A stretch of 64,000 nucleotides of DNA from Eledone cirrhosa (GCA_964016885.1 OZ024743.1:199392001-199456000); one strand, 5' to 3'; positions 22,811-36,799 are shown, numbered from the stretch's first letter. The notes: generated by a model from the sequence alone, not told the origin. Numbers and translations: made by a program.

Positions 22811-25800
22811 ATGGCCATATTAAGAGTAGGAAGTTTAAATGTTCGCGGCCTGGGGTCACCCTGGAAGCAGGGTCGCCTGCTCAACGACCTCCGGTCGCTG
22901 GAAATGGATGTGATTGCCGTAAGCGAGACCAGAATTTCCGACACGCGTGCACTAACCCCCATTTTCGACGACTATCAGATCTTTGCATCTGTTAGCAGGC
23001 CGGGAATGGGGGGTGGGGTGGCAGTGCTGTTTAGGAAAGGACTGGATCTCGAGGTAAGGTCGATCTTCCGGGACCCGGATGGTAAGTTGGTGGTCTTGGA
23101 TGTGAGCAGTAGCGAAGGTGGTGCCTTTAGACTGCTGGCCGCCTACGCCCCTACAGGGGCCGGACGACCTGACTTCTTTAGGCGCCTGGAGACCTTTCTG
23201 GGTACGTCTCGCCCTTTACTGTTAGCGGGGGACTGGAATGGCATCTTAGACGCACGCTGGGATTGTGTGGGAGTAGCCGATAGGAGCGGGGGGTGCAAAA
23301 GCCTCAAGCACCTACTCAGCCAGTTCCAACTGTCTGACAGGTATCGACTAGATTTCCCCAATGTGCCAGTATGGACATGGACCAACCGAATGGGGTCATC
23401 TAGATCGTATATAGACAGAATCTTCATTAGGAAAATAGATAGAAATAGTGTGGGCTGTCCACTTTTTAAAACGGTCGCCTATTCAGATCACAAATTTGTG
23501 ATCTGTACGGTCGACCTAAATAAAACGCGTAGGTTAGGACCGGGTTACTGGAAGCTGAACATGTCATTTCCGGCACGTAAGACTTACAGGGACCGAGTCA
23601 ATAAGTTAGTTAAGCAAAAGTTGACAGGGGGGATCATCAACAACAGATGGTGGGGGGCTCTCAAAAGAGAGATTAGAGTAACTTCGATAGAGTTCAGCAA
23701 AGAACTAGCGTTAGAGAAAAATAGAAAGGAGGGAGAGCTTGTAGATAAGTTAGATGAGGCTATTTGTAGTGGCATCGCAACTGACGTGCTAGCTGCGAGA
23801 ATGGCATTAGACCATTTCTTCAATGCCAAACACGAAGGTTGCATTGTCAGAGCTAAGGCGCGTGCGCTGAGAAACGAGGGAACTAAAGCTGTTCGATGGG
23901 CCCGCGTGGCGGAGGCGCAGCGTGGTAATAAAACCACAATTCGGTCTTTGGCGGACCGAGACGGACACGAGATAAGCGATTCCAAGCGGATGTGTGAGGC
24001 CTTTCGCCAGCACTTTGCTCGGTTGTTCGGGGAGAGTGGCGGGTCAGAGAGAGCAGCGGATTTCAGTCCCTACCTTGACGGCTTGCCGCGCATCTCGACG
24101 GTCGACGCTGAGCGCTGCGAAAGGCCGATTACTTCAGCCGAAATTCAGGACGCCCTTGTCGGCTGCATGAGGCGCAAGTCACCAGGCTTGGATGGCCTGC
24201 CCTACGAGCTTTACGTAAATATGCCAGACTTGTTCTCCGAACTCCTTGAAGCACTCTACTGTAACTGGCAGCAGAATGGGAGTATTCCCAGTTCTGTGAG
24301 CAGGGGAGTGGTGACGCTGATAAGGAAAGACGAGAACAAGAGGGATACATTAGACAACTTCAGGCCCATAACTCTGCTCAACACAGAGTTTAAGATTTTG
24401 GCCAAGGTGTTAGCAAAGAGATTGGCGCTTGTCGTCGAGGATTTGGTTGGGGAGGCGCAAACTTGCGCAATCCCAGCCAGGTCCATACACGACAATCTCC
24501 ACCTCATGCGATACATCATAGAGAGGGTAGGGTGTAAACCTGGCTTCGGTGGGGCACTGATCAATTTAGATCAATCGAAAGCATTCGATAGGGTCGACCA
24601 TCGGTATCTGGAGTTTGTCCTCAAAGCAGCTGGCTTCGGCCCTGTCTTTAGAAGCTGGATCGTTGCAATGCACAGCGGCACACGCTCGGTGGTCAAAGTT
24701 AATGGCCACCTCTCGATCGGCTCTCCCGATCGGTCCGTCAAGGGTGCCCTCTCTCTTCCCTTCTGTACGTATTGACTCTCGAGCCTTTACTGCGGAAGCT
24801 GGAGCTGTTGCAGGGCATCCCCCTCGAACCGGGACGTGGAAAGGCGATGTCGGCTTATGCGGACGACATCACCGTGATGGTGTCGAACACCTCAGAAATC
24901 GAGGTGGTCGGCACCTTATTGAAAGAATATGAAACGTTGACAGGAGCCAAACTTAATCCGGAAAAGTCGGTGGGCTTGCAGCTCGGAACCTTGAGAGGCA
25001 AGCCCATGCCGTCCAACAGCGTCGTGGGGCGCTGGACGGACGGACCAGTAAAGTTGCTCGGGGTTTGGTTCGGACCAGACCTCCAGGTGGAAAAGAATTG
25101 GGACGAGGTAACGAGCAGAGTAGCCAGTCTCACCCAAAAATGCGCTGGGAGGAAGCTATCACTGAAAGGTCGCGCGGAGGTGGCGAATGCGTACATCGCG
25201 TCCGTCATCTATTACCGCCTAACCGTCGTGCCTTGCCCCCGTCCGCGCCTCGTCAAGTTGGAACAGCTCCTCTTCAAATTCTTGTGGAGGGGACAAGTTC
25301 CGTTGGTGAGGCGGTCCATCTGCTGCCAGCACCCTCTACACAGAGGGCTGGGCATGCCGTGGCTAATGATGTGCAGACATGCGTTGAGGCTGCGACATCT
25401 CCAGATATTCTGCCTCAATGGTGAACAGGTGTGGTTGCCGTTTATCAGACGGGCCTTTCCGCAGCTCATTTCTTTGACTGAGCTGCAGTCCTGGGTCAAG
25501 AAGAGACCGAGACTGGGTGACTGGCACCTGGAATGTTGCCAGGCACTCACTGCCCTCTACCAAGCGGGCAATGCGATCAGTGGAACTTCCACTCTCGAGT
25601 TTTATAGAGGATTAGTGGTGGGCAAGTGCGATGACGCACTCGGAGAAGCTTTGGGCCTCGACGAAGTCGAACTGACCAGTCTGTACCGGAGGACTTTTGA
25701 GCCGGGGACGATGGACAATTTCCAGAAATCCCTCGCTTGGCAGTGCTACCGGGGGGCACTGCCGGTTCGGGATAAACTCTACAGGCACGGAAGTGCTGTC

Positions 25801-26226
25801 AGACGGACATGCCCAAGATGCGCACAGAACGACGAAACCGTTCTGCACGCACTTGTCCAATGATCGTGCATTACTGACTTGTGGAGTTATGTCGAACAGC
25901 TACTGTCGCGTGTGGAACGAATCCAGTTATCGGCCGAGTCCATAGTGAAGATCGAGCCGCCACCTTCCTTAGGTCAGGAAGAGCAGGACATTTTCCTCTG
26001 TCTGGTGGCAGTTGCGAAAGAGATTATATGGTGGACCAGGTTGAAAGGACTAAAGACAGACACTTTTCTCTTCGGCCAATCCCTCATCAACTTCTTCAAG
26101 TTTCACCTGGAAAGGAGGGTGAGGGTGGAGAGAGAAGTGCTGCCCCCCAGTACATTTGCTAAAAGGTGGATGAATGTGGCAAGAATGGCTCGTGTGAATG
26201 GGCCTACTCTGACCATGCGCCTATAG
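22811..26226 (+). pseudogene. Tx1 ORF2 (APE endonuclease, reverse transcriptase, C-terminal Cys/His motif); frameshift ~24720 and stop at 25861
   Basis: SLNVRGL, SET, GDWN, IDRIF, SDH; KSPGLDGL, FRPITLLN, DQSKAFDRV, AYADD; CPRC..DETVLHAL. Confidence 0.93.
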
Positions 26227-26521
26227 GCTAGCTAACTTGAGGAGAGGGGTGCTCTCCTGGGTGCCCTAGAAGCGCAGGGTGGTTCAGGATTGGTGGGGTA
26301 CCCGAATCACCCCAGGGTCGTCCACCCCCTATCGGGGAATTTATTTTGTTATATTATGCATAGTTTATTTTATATTTTATATTTTCATTGTTAAATTAGT
26401 CTTGCCATTGTGCCTTTTTACTCGACCTTATTGTAAACCCCCACCGTCCCTGTCTTTGTATTGTCCCCTACATGTCGGCCCTTGTGGCTAATAAATGAAA
26501 TCATTATTATTATCATTATTA

Positions 26522-27165
26522 GGGTGGTGGATTGGCAGTATCAGTAGAGGGTCGGACGACATGCTGTGCAGCATAGTGTTACACCCCTTTATGATCTGAG
26601 TTCAAATCCCGCCGAGGTTAACTTTGCCTTTCATCCTTACAGGGTCAATAAAATAAAGTACCAGTAATGCACTGGGATAATTGCTGGCCTTGTGCCAATA
26701 GTAGAAATAATTATTATTATCATTATTAACATCGTTAAGGGCCGTGGATTGGCAGTATCTGTAGAGCATCGAACACAATGCTTTGCAGCATAGAGTTACG
26801 ACCCTTTATGTTCTGAGTTGACATCCTGCTGTGGTTAGCTTTGCCTTTTATCCTTACAGGATCGATAAAATAAAGTACCAGTCACACACTGGGGTCGATT
26901 TAATCGACTTTCCCCTCCCCCCAAAGTTTTGGCATTGTGCTTATATAAGAAACCATTATTATTATTAACATCATTAAGGGTGGTGGATTGGCAGTATCAG
27001 TAGAGCATCGAACACAATGCTTGTGGCAGCATAGAGTTACGGCCCTTTACGTTTTGAGTTCACATCCTGCTGCGGTTAGCTTTGCCTTTCATCCTTACGG
27101 AGTCAATAAAATAAAGCACCAGTAATGCACTGGGGTCGATTTAATCAACTTGCTCCCCTGCCAAA
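26522..27165 (+). mobile_element. Three tandem SINE group A copies (26522-26715, 26738-26965, 26978-27165) linked by (ATT)n
   Basis: Three successive ggattggcagtatc heads directly after the Tx1 tail. Confidence 0.9.
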
Positions 27166-27715
27166 AAATTGAGCATATTGTGAAATTTCTTATATTAGAG
27201 TGACAACTTTAATTTTTAATGTGATGCAGTAGCATTGATGCATTGGACTTGTCAAGCAGTACAGGGATTTAAGTGTTAAAACAATACTTAGAATCCATCT
27301 TTAAGGATCATGTTGTTAAACACCAAGGTATTCTCTTTACTCTGAATAAAACAGTTTAAAAAAATATATATATCTGAAAATTGTTTTAAAGCAGAGATGG
27401 ATAAAAGCATTGCACTTTCTTGCAATGAAATACACATGTACTGTGCAGTTCATTAAAAACATTCAAATAACCCAATATTTTCCAATTTCCTCCCAATCTT
27501 GTGGCACAACTGTAGGCCATATGTGGTATACAAATATTCTGCAGTACAGTGTCAGAAAACCTCTGTTGATTGATGAACACTTCTTTACAGATTGCTTTTA
27601 TTTTATTTAACTTTTGTCATTGCTGGTGCTGTTGTTTAACCTCAGAGCAATGCTGATCAAGCCGACCCATGATCAAAACCAATCCAGGCCTGTCCATCTA
27701 TTTATGTATAAAGGA

Positions 27716-27929
27716 ACGATTGACTTTCGTCAAATCGGACCGAGGAAACAATGTTTCCATTGGTCTTTCCAATTGCTAATACTATCTATTGGTTACAACT
27801 CTAGGTAGAAGGAGCAACGTGAAATAAAGTGTCTTGTTCAAGGACATAACGCATCACCCGGTTCTGAAATCGAACTCACAACCTCACGATTGCAAATCCA
27901 ATTCTCTAACCACTCAGCCACACACCTTC
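27716..27929 (-). mobile_element. SINE group B, tail type 2
   Basis: Reverse tRNA head and CORE-like segment; tail homologous to 31815-31915. Confidence 0.75.
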
Positions 27930-28370
27930 ACTATTTATGTATATTTCTGACTATATCGTCCAATATGTCTCTTACTCTTTTTTGGCTTTAATTTCTAACT
28001 TATTAAGTGAAAACATAATAGGCCGGCTAATCTATTTATGTATATTTATGAATACACCATTCAATATACCTACTGTAATTTCTGACTTATCCATTGAATA
28101 CATAAGGTTTTATCTTTGGCTCATTTAATCTGCTTTTGATTTCTTATTTTTATTTTTATGTTAATCTTGTTGTTTTGGAGGTATTTTATTTGATTGTTAC
28201 TGTTGTTGTTTGTGTTGTTTAGCTCCAACTTAGGCCTGGTCAAGTAGACCTAGAATTAAAGAACTATGAGCAACCTACTTTTATAATTTTGTTGTTTGCA
28301 TTCTTATTACATAAATATATTGTATATGGAACCATATACACGTTTAATACACAGTGTTAATGTTATTACT

Positions 28371-28760
28371 AAATAATTGTTTCTACTTTTGGCACAAGGC
28401 CAGCAATTACTCAGTGCATTACTGGTACCTTATTTTATCGACCCTGTAAGGATGAAAGGCAAAGTTAACCTTAGCGGAATTTGAACTCAGAATGGCAAGG
28501 GCCATAACTCTATGCATCAAAGCATGGCGTCCGACCATCTACCGATACTGCCAATCCACCGCCCTTACTACTAAATAATTGTTTCTGCTTTTGGCACAAG
28601 GCCAGCAATTATCCCAGTGCATTACTGGTACTTTATTTTATCGACCCTGTAAGGATGAAAGGCAAAGTTAACCTCGGCAGGATTTGAACTCAGATCAGAA
28701 AGGGGCGTAACTCTATGCTGCAAAGCCTGTTGTCCGACCCTCTACCGATACTGCCAAACC
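28371..28760 (-). mobile_element. Two tandem SINE group A copies (28371-28564, 28575-28760)
   Basis: Reverse consensus twice; repeated junction actaaataat. Confidence 0.9.
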
Positions 28761-28830
28761 CACTACTAAATAATACTTGTCCATCGTAGACTATATGTAA
28801 ATAAGCTTTCAAGGAAAATAGTTTGTTTAA

Positions 28831-29033
28831 CCCATTAGCATATAAACCATATCTGGCCAGGATTCTCTCACTTCTTTCTGTTCGAACCAGCCATAACTGT
28901 CCCCTCATACTGATGTTAAGGTATTGTTCTAAAAAAAATAATATAAAAATCTCATAGATTCGATATTATGTGAGATAAGTTATTTACTATGAAAATACAA
29001 TAGTAAATATGGAGTAATGTAAATGCTAAAAGT
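28831..29033. mobile_element. piggyBac-type MITE copy C
   Basis: TTAA-cccattagcat...atgctaaaagt-TTAA. Confidence 0.75.
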
Positions 29034-29264
29034 TTAAAAGATGTGTATTATCTACAATTCTCTCAGACTTCAATATCTCAGAGTAAGTATTACTGATGAG
29101 GGATAGAATTCATGAAATACATATATATAGACTTCTTACATGTGTACTGAGGTAGCTGTGATATATGTCAGTGCTTTTGTTCATTCTTATTGTTTTTGTT
29201 GTCAGATCATGTGACCACTGCCTATTCAACATAACTCACCTCATACTTTCCTATTACACCTTAA

Positions 29265-29428
29265 CCCTTTAGCATCTAAACCAGCTATAATCAGCTGCTC
29301 ATACTTATGTTAAGGTATTATTCTCAAAATAGATAATATCAAAATCTTGTAGATTCCATATTATGTGAGATAAAGTGTTTACTGTGAAAATACAATAGTA
29401 TATATAGAGTAATGTAAATGCTAAAGTG
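29265..29428. mobile_element. piggyBac-type MITE copy D
   Basis: TTAA-ccctttagcat...atgctaaagtg-TTAA. Confidence 0.75.
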
Positions 29429-30044
29429 TTAAACCCTGACCACTAAAACCTCAGCTCCTTCAGATCAACTAATTAGTAGATGTGTCAATTCTATATTAAC
29501 TACTATACTTGAAAATAATGTACTTCATCTTTGACCAATTGAGGTAGTTAAGCAGGTGACTATTACCATCTCATTAACCTTCAAATCCATCATAAACCAG
29601 AGCTGTTCTTCTACAGCTGCGCTACAATTGTATAGGCAAATGACACTGTTTGTAATAACACAAGGAAGTCACACTCAGTCAAAACCCGGGAGGTGTTTTT
29701 GCACTGTTGCAATGGCTTTAAGATGATCATTCAGTAAAAAACACTCAGTAAAGTGGTATTGTTGGTGCTACAATAAGATACATCCAGTACACTCTGAAAA
29801 ATGGTTGGCATCCAGCTGTTGAAAGCATACCAAATGTGAAAATGTATGAGCAAGATGAGATCTCTCTGACCAATCAGATTCGAAAGTTATAGGTGGTAGA
29901 GTCTTTCAATAGAAATATGCTAATGACAAGGTTAAAAAAAGGGAAAAGCACATTGAATGATATAGCCTTAGATATATAGGAAATGCAAAAAGATTGGCTG
30001 GTAAAACTTATAATGCTTTTGATAGGTCTGCTCACTGAGGTTTA

Positions 30045-30282
30045 AAAATGAAATAAAATGAGGAATGAAATGAAAAATGAAATTTACAGCTCACACCTAT
30101 GCAGGTGTAGCTAGCCTCCTATGAGAATGCACCACGTAAGGTTTCTCAACCATTTTAATAATAAGGGTCTTTATCCTATCATAAAAAGTAATGTGGAATG
30201 AAGCATCGTTCTTTAAAATGCAATGCACAGCTTTGTCCAGGAATCAAAACCACAATGCCTTAACCACTTGGCCACGTGCCTT
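30045..30282 (-). mobile_element. Old SINE group B-like copy with (TTTCA)n-ending tail
   Basis: Homologous to 52745-52997; decayed head taaccacttggccacgtgccttc. Confidence 0.55.
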
Positions 30283-30452
30283 CTTATTAAAGGTTAACCC
30301 AGGGTTAAATAATAACAACAACAACATCATCATCATCATCAGCTATATACATAATCCATTCACCTCCTCACCTTCCCCGTCATTCTTGATGTCTCACTGT
30401 TAGAGTTGATTGCTTAAGTGCAAGGCTCTCCACCAGTGGTCAGCTAGTCTAT

Positions 30453-30485
<33 letters not shown>

Positions 30486-31089
30486 ATACTACAATAATGA
30501 TAAACACACTAACTCACTTGACCAGAAACTACAAAGGCATTTAATGTTTGTGAAGAAGTAAAGGAGGAGAAGGAAGAGCAAGGGGTTGTTTGTGTTCAAA
30601 CAGTAATTGCAAGCGTTCCTCTTCAAGCATTTCCTGCCTGTGGGTAGCCAGTAGTAGCTCCTTATTCCATACGTGTGTGTTTATGTATTTATGTATTTTT
30701 GTGTGTGCATGTTGTAAAGCATTTTTCTCTGTCTGTCTGTGTGTGTTTATATATGTTTTTGTGTCTTTCTGTGTTTGTGTGCATTTGTGTGTCTCTATAT
30801 TTGTAATTGTGTTTGTGTGTTCCGAGTATTGTATGTTTGTGGATGCATATGTATGCAGTTGTGTGTGAGACTCTCGTTTGTGTGAGTACAGACACATATA
30901 TAGATGTAAGCCTGTGGATTTGTGTATGTATTTATGTTTGTTATTTTTTAAAGTATCTGAATAAGCATGTTTATCTATCTTTGATTCTGTGTGTATGTGT
31001 CTGCATATAGTTATGTATAAGAAAGTCTGTGAATGTATGTATACATTTATGTCTGTATATGTGTGTATTTGTGTCTTGTATAAACGGTG

Positions 31090-31206
<117 letters not shown>

Positions 31207-31504
31207 ATATATATATATATATATATGGAATAGAATGGAACAAAATTTCATTTCTCACTCTTAGTACGGCACTTACTTAAATGTAAGTATGCATGCATGT
31301 ATACGTACATACATATATGTATACAGACGTACAGTAGTATGTATATATATACATACATGCACACATATATATATGCACGTATCGGTTTACCAAACATTTA
31401 TTATAATGCTTGGTTTGTTTGTTTGTAAACAAACAAACAGCCCGAATTACGCCGTACAGTGTTTAGGCAACCACGTCACCTTTTTGTTCAACACTGACAC
31501 AGGA

Positions 31505-31547
31505 ACCATGTACTAGTTTCAAGCTTATTAGCTATTGTCAGCATCGT
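31505..31547 (-). ncRNA. Degenerate hammerhead (H3-related) in element ~31400-31663
   Basis: Minus: acgatg-CTGACAA-t-AGCT aata AGCT-t-GAAA-CTAG-TA-catggt; flanks homologous to 17560-17730. Confidence 0.6.
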
Positions 31548-31667
31548 ATACCTTCCTGCCAGATGGTTGAACGTCTGAATGTATATACTTTCCTTACGCA
31601 TATTAACAGCTGAGCAGCCTAATTTGCATATCGAGTGAGTTCAGTCGGCCGGGCACACCGAAAATAT

Positions 31668-31700
<33 letters not shown>

Positions 31701-31711
31701 AATATATATAT

Positions 31712-31912
31712 GCGTGGCGTAGTGGTAATTCGCAATCTTGAGGTTGTGAGTTCGATTCCTGGAGTGAGCAATGTGTTATGTCCTTGAGCAAGACACTTCA
31801 TTTCACATTGCTCCTACTATCTGGAGTTGTGACTGATAGAGAGTATTAGCAATTGGAAAAACCAATGGAAACATTGTTTCCTCGGTCCGATTTGATGAAA
31901 GTCAATCGACTG

Positions 31913-31915
<3 letters not shown>
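31712..31915 (+). mobile_element. SINE group B, tail type 2
   Basis: TGGCGTAGTGG, GAGTTCGATTCC, tgtccttgagcaagacactt. Confidence 0.8.
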
Positions 31916-31954
<39 letters not shown>

Positions 31955-32009
31955 ATATGTAGATATATATATATATATATGATATGTTATATGTGTATAT
32001 ATATATATA

Positions 32010-33003
32010 TGTAAGATGTATGGTAGGTCGTATGTGAATCGCGATGATCACGTCTGACCTACCAAATATGTGACGGTAGCTAGTTAAGCTCTATGCATAT
32101 ACGCAGAGCAGAAATATTAGTGAAAAAGAACAAAGGAACAATTATGACATCATAACAAGTTTATTGCCGACAGCCGTTTCGTCCGACCACATGGTGGGAC
32201 TTTTCAAGGCATACAACATGTGACTGTAAGATCATTATCTACATCAACGTATCACTCAAGGCTAGCAGTTTGAAATTGTGGTATACATCAGCAGTTCGGC
32301 TTGTATAGTTGGGGTCTATATTCTAAGGGGGCTCTTTTATATTAGCTGTCGGGGTCAGGGATTGAAGGTTAAAAATTAGATAATATATAATTTACGCGTT
32401 AACAGTAAACTAAAAGACTTGGGGTCCCATAGAAGCACCTTAAAAAATCCCTCAATAAGTGCATAAAGCTTACAGGCTCCAATAAACCTACTATACTAGA
32501 AGAAATTAAGAGGCTAATAAAATAAAAAATAAAAATATAAAGTTTCCCTAAATTTCTGACCTACCAAATATGTGACGGTAGCTAGTTAAGCTCTATGCGT
32601 ATACGCAGAGCAGTATTTATATTTTTATTTTTTATTTTATTAGCCTCTTAATTTCTTCTAGTTTAGTAGGTTTATTGGAGCCGGTAAGCTTTATGCACTT
32701 ATTGAGGGATTTTTTTAAGGTGCTTCTATGGGACCCCAAGTCTTTTAGTTTACTGTTAACGCGTAAATTATATATTATCTAATTTTTAACCTTCAATCCC
32801 TGACCCCGACAGCTAATATAAAAGAGCCCCCTTAGAATATAGACCCCAACTATACAAGCCGAACTGCTGATGTATACCACAATTTCAAACTGCTAGCCTT
32901 GAGTGATACGTTGATGTAGATAATGATCTTACAGTCACATGTTGTATGCCTTGAAAAGTCCCACCATGTGGTCGGACGAAAACGGCTGTCGGCAATAAAC
33001 TTG

Positions 33004-33004
<1 letters not shown>
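32010..33004. mobile_element. Non-coding head-to-head foldback element (arms 32153-32540 / 32615-33004) with hammerhead-like motifs (32165-32211 -, 32947-32994 +)
   Basis: Near-perfect ~390-bp inverted repeat; tgcc-TTGAAAA-GTCC...GGAC-GAAA-CGGCTG-TC-ggca (first core segment mutated); (TA)n flanks. Confidence 0.8.
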
Positions 33005-33072
<68 letters not shown>

Positions 33073-33089
33073 ATGATATATAACCACAC

Positions 33090-34893
33090 GTGCAGTAGCA
33101 TCATTGTCAACTGTGCTACAAAGGTAAAGGCGATGCACTAGATAGAGGAAACTATAGAGGTATAAAGTTGATGGACCAGGTTATGAAAGTAACAGAAAGA
33201 GTTATAGCACAGTTGATTAGGGACCGGGTGAAAATAGACGAGATGCAATTTGGGTTTGTACCAGGAAGAGGCACCACTGATGCCTTCTTCCTTGTGAGGC
33301 AGTTACAGGAAAAGTACCTAGCTAAAAGTAAGCCACTCTACTTGGCATTTGTCGACCTTGAGAAAGCCTTTGACAGAGTTCCACGTGCTGTAATCTGGTG
33401 GGCTCTTAGAAAACTAGGAGTAGATGAATGGCTTGTGAAAGCGGTACAACCCATGTATAGGAGAGCAGTCAGCAAAGTTAGGATTAGCAATGAGTATAGC
33501 GAGGAATTTAGCATACAGGTTGGGGTCCACCAGGGCTCTGTTCTTAGCCCCCTCCTGTTCATCATAGTCCTGCAGGCAATAACGGAGGAGTTTAAGACCG
33601 GATGCCCATGGGAACTCCTGTATGCTGATGACCTCGCACTCATAGCTGAATCTATGGTAGAACTAGAGAATAAATTCCAAACTTGGAAGCAGGGACTAGA
33701 AAGAAAGGGTCTCAAAGTCAACATGACAAAGACTAAGGTCCTTGTAAGTAGACGAGAAAACAGAACCCAGATCCCCTCAGGGAAATGGCCTTGCTCAGTA
33801 TGTAGGAAAGGTGTAGGTAGGAACTCCATTCTCTGCCCCAAATGCAAACAATGGGTACACAAGAGATGTAGCGGGATCTCAGGAAGCTCAATTAAAAATG
33901 TAGGCTTCACATGCAGCAAACAGCCACAGGAAACAAGTACCACCAATCTCTAGGCGGGCTCTGTAGAAACAGTAGACAGCTTCTGCTACCCAGGTGACTG
34001 AATTAGCAGTGGAGGTGGGTGTTCAGAAAGTACAATAACTAGGGTATAAACGGGATGGAAGAAGTTTAGGGAACTACTAACACTGCTAGCTGCAAAAGGC
34101 TTCTCCCTCAGAATGAAAGGCAGACTGTATGATGCGCGTATCCGAACAGCAATGTTACATGGTAGTGAGACCTGGGCGTGAGACCATGGTAGTGAGACCA
34201 TGGTAGTGAGACCTGGGCGCTGAAGGTGGAAGACACGTAGATTAGAGAGAAACGAAGCCTGCATGCTCTGATGGATGTGTAACAGTAATATACGTGAACG
34301 ACAAAGCATAAATGAATTGAGAGAGAGACTGAGCATAAGAGGAATCAAATGCTGTGTGCAGGAGAGGCGGTTGCGCTGGTATGGACATGTGATGCGTATG
34401 AAGGATGACAGCTGCATAAAAAGGTGCAGAGCACTAGAAGTCGATGGAAACCGCGGAGTGGGGAGACCCAAGATGACCTGGGATGAGGTGATAAAAGCCG
34501 ACCTTACCCAATTAGATCTTTCAAAGGCGATGACATATGACCATGACCTCTGGCGTCACACAGTAATACAGAGTACCCGACCTCCCATGGGTACAAGCTG
34601 AAGCATATAGACAATATGCCCCCACACCCCCCACCGCAAGGTGGTCGTGGAGGTGCTACGGCAAAAAAGCACCCAGCCCACACTGTAAAGTTGACGTGTA
34701 GGCGCCACGAAAAGCACCCAGCACTCACTGTAAATGAGGTTGGTGTTAGGAAGGGCATCCAGCTGTAGAAATCAAGCCAAATCAGTTCCTGTATGAGCAA
34801 GGCATGGTCAGCCGACCAGACATTGTCCACAACAGGACAACCCGTCTAACCCATGCTAGCGTGGAAGAACGGACGTAAAACGGTGATGATGAT
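33090..34893 (+). mobile_element. 5'-truncated decayed RTE-clade LINE (family R1)
   Basis: ORF 33168-33953 with DLEKAFD, GVHQGSVLSP, LYADD; stops and indels downstream; very similar to 39210-41010; (GAT)n tail. Confidence 0.93.
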
Positions 34894-35724
34894 ATATGAT
34901 ATGTTATGTGTGTGTATATATATATATACATATATGATATATATAAGTGTGTAAATATGTCTGTGGATATGTGTAAGTGAATGTGTATGTGTATTTAACT
35001 GTTTTTGAGTATATGCATATATGTGTGTACACACATATACATATATTCATGTGTGTGTGTATGTCTGTGTATATATATATCTGTATGCATATGTTTGTAT
35101 GTATATGTTATGTATATGTCTGTGTATATATGTCTGTGTGCATATGTCTGTGTGCATATGCCTGTGTATATGTCTGTGTATATGTTTGTGTATATATATG
35201 TCTGTGTGCATATGCCTGTGTATATATATAAGTATGTATATGTCTGTGTATATATATCTGTGTGCATATGCCTGTGTATATATATAAGTATGTATATGTC
35301 TGTGTATATATGTCTGTGTGCATATGCCTGTGTATATGTCTGTGTGTATATATAAGTATGTATACGTCTGTGTATATATATGTCTGTGTGCATATATTGA
35401 TATGTGTGTCCATGTTGCCTGCTGTAATGATATGGACTGTTTAAGGAAATCTCTAGTGTTGCCACCTCCTTTTTGTCAATATTGGTGCCGCCACCACAGC
35501 TTTCTTGCCCAGCTTCTCATCTCAATTGAATCAAGTACTTCCGCACAACTCTTAACATTCAAAGCTAGGAAATAGACTCAAAACAAACATCTTGATACAT
35601 GTATGTGTGTGTGTGCATGTATGTATGTGTGCATATGTATATGTATGCATATACATATGTATATACAATATACACACATACATGTGTGTATACACACGCA
35701 CACACACATCCACACACCCACACA

Positions 35725-35782
<58 letters not shown>

Positions 35783-35849
35783 GTGGTTATAGTGGAGTAT
35801 TCCACTATTACTTTTGGTAAGGTGAGAGAAGTTCTATGCATATGAATAC

Positions 35850-35936
<87 letters not shown>

Positions 35937-36010
35937 CATATAAATATATAAATATATACATATAAATATATACATATAAATATATACATATACATGTATA
36001 TATATATATT

Positions 36011-36082
<72 letters not shown>
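34894..36082. repeat. (TA)n/(TG)n compound microsatellite with a tgtgtgcatatgcctgtgtata minisatellite
   Basis: Direct observation; includes short unique islands. Confidence 0.85.
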
Positions 36083-36089
<7 letters not shown>

Positions 36090-36780
36090 ATACTTGGGTG
36101 GGTCATATTTGTGTAATATTGCCAGAATTAATAACAGAACACACTCACTGTTTGGTTGGTTTTCACTTTTCGCTTCTGTGTCTTTTATATCGGTAATCTA
36201 ATTTATTCGGTCCTCAATGTTGCCATTGACTGACCAACGGTCAAAAATAATACAGATACAATATAGACACAAACACATATATATATAGTTTATCAAAGTT
36301 CTTTCGTTGCACATCTGCAACATCGTCAGTGGTGCTATTGTTTCCTCCCGTTACATTGTATTTTCTACACCATCTTTATTTAGTCTGTTTATATATTTAT
36401 TTATTTGTTTATTTTATTTTGACCCAGCAGATAGGCAAATCAGAGAGGCCAGTGAAATAGAACTTAGAAGGCCAAGGCTAAACAAAAAGAATGAATGGAA
36501 TAACAACAACACCCAAACAAACAACACTGACCTAAGAGAAGTATAAATAAATAAATAGATAAATAAATAAATAAATAGATAAATAAATAAATAAATACAT
36601 ACACAAGCACAATAACAACAAACACATATAAACACACACTAGTAAAGATAGAATACATTAACCAATACACAGTCACCCTATCACGAACACACATCAAACA
36701 AAACACTATACACACACGCAAACGTATGCGCAAAGAAGACAAAATAAAATAAACAAATAAATAAATATATAAACAGACAA
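36083..36780. mobile_element. Penelope-like head-to-head remnant: left arm - (36083-36420, pLTR with hammerhead), right arm + (36421-36780, GIY-YIG C-terminus + 3' UTR)
   Basis: + strand RQIREASEIELRRPRLNKKNEWN resembles RQITEAINIKELQPKLNRKYEWN; 36381-36420 is inverted at 36741-36780; left end atgacccacccaagtataacaata matches the Penelope end at 7702. Confidence 0.8.
36292..36333 (-). ncRNA. Minimal hammerhead (Penelope pLTR type)
   Basis: Minus: acca-CTGACGA-T-GTTGCA gatg TGCAAC-GAAA-GAAC-TT-tgat; intact core, weak stem I. Confidence 0.75.
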
Positions 36781-36799
36781 TCCCTTGCTGAACATTTTG

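Larger units (their letters stand above)
20591..26502 (+). mobile_element. Near full-length Tx1/L1-clade LINE (copy 1)
   Basis: 5' UTR, ORF1 with zinc knuckle, ORF2 APE-RT-zinc finger, 3' UTR with AATAAA; (ATT)n on both flanks. Confidence 0.92.

Noticed and set aside
26522-27165. CRISPR-like repeat array
   Set aside because: Units are ~200-bp SINEs joined by microsatellite, no unique spacers, eukaryotic context
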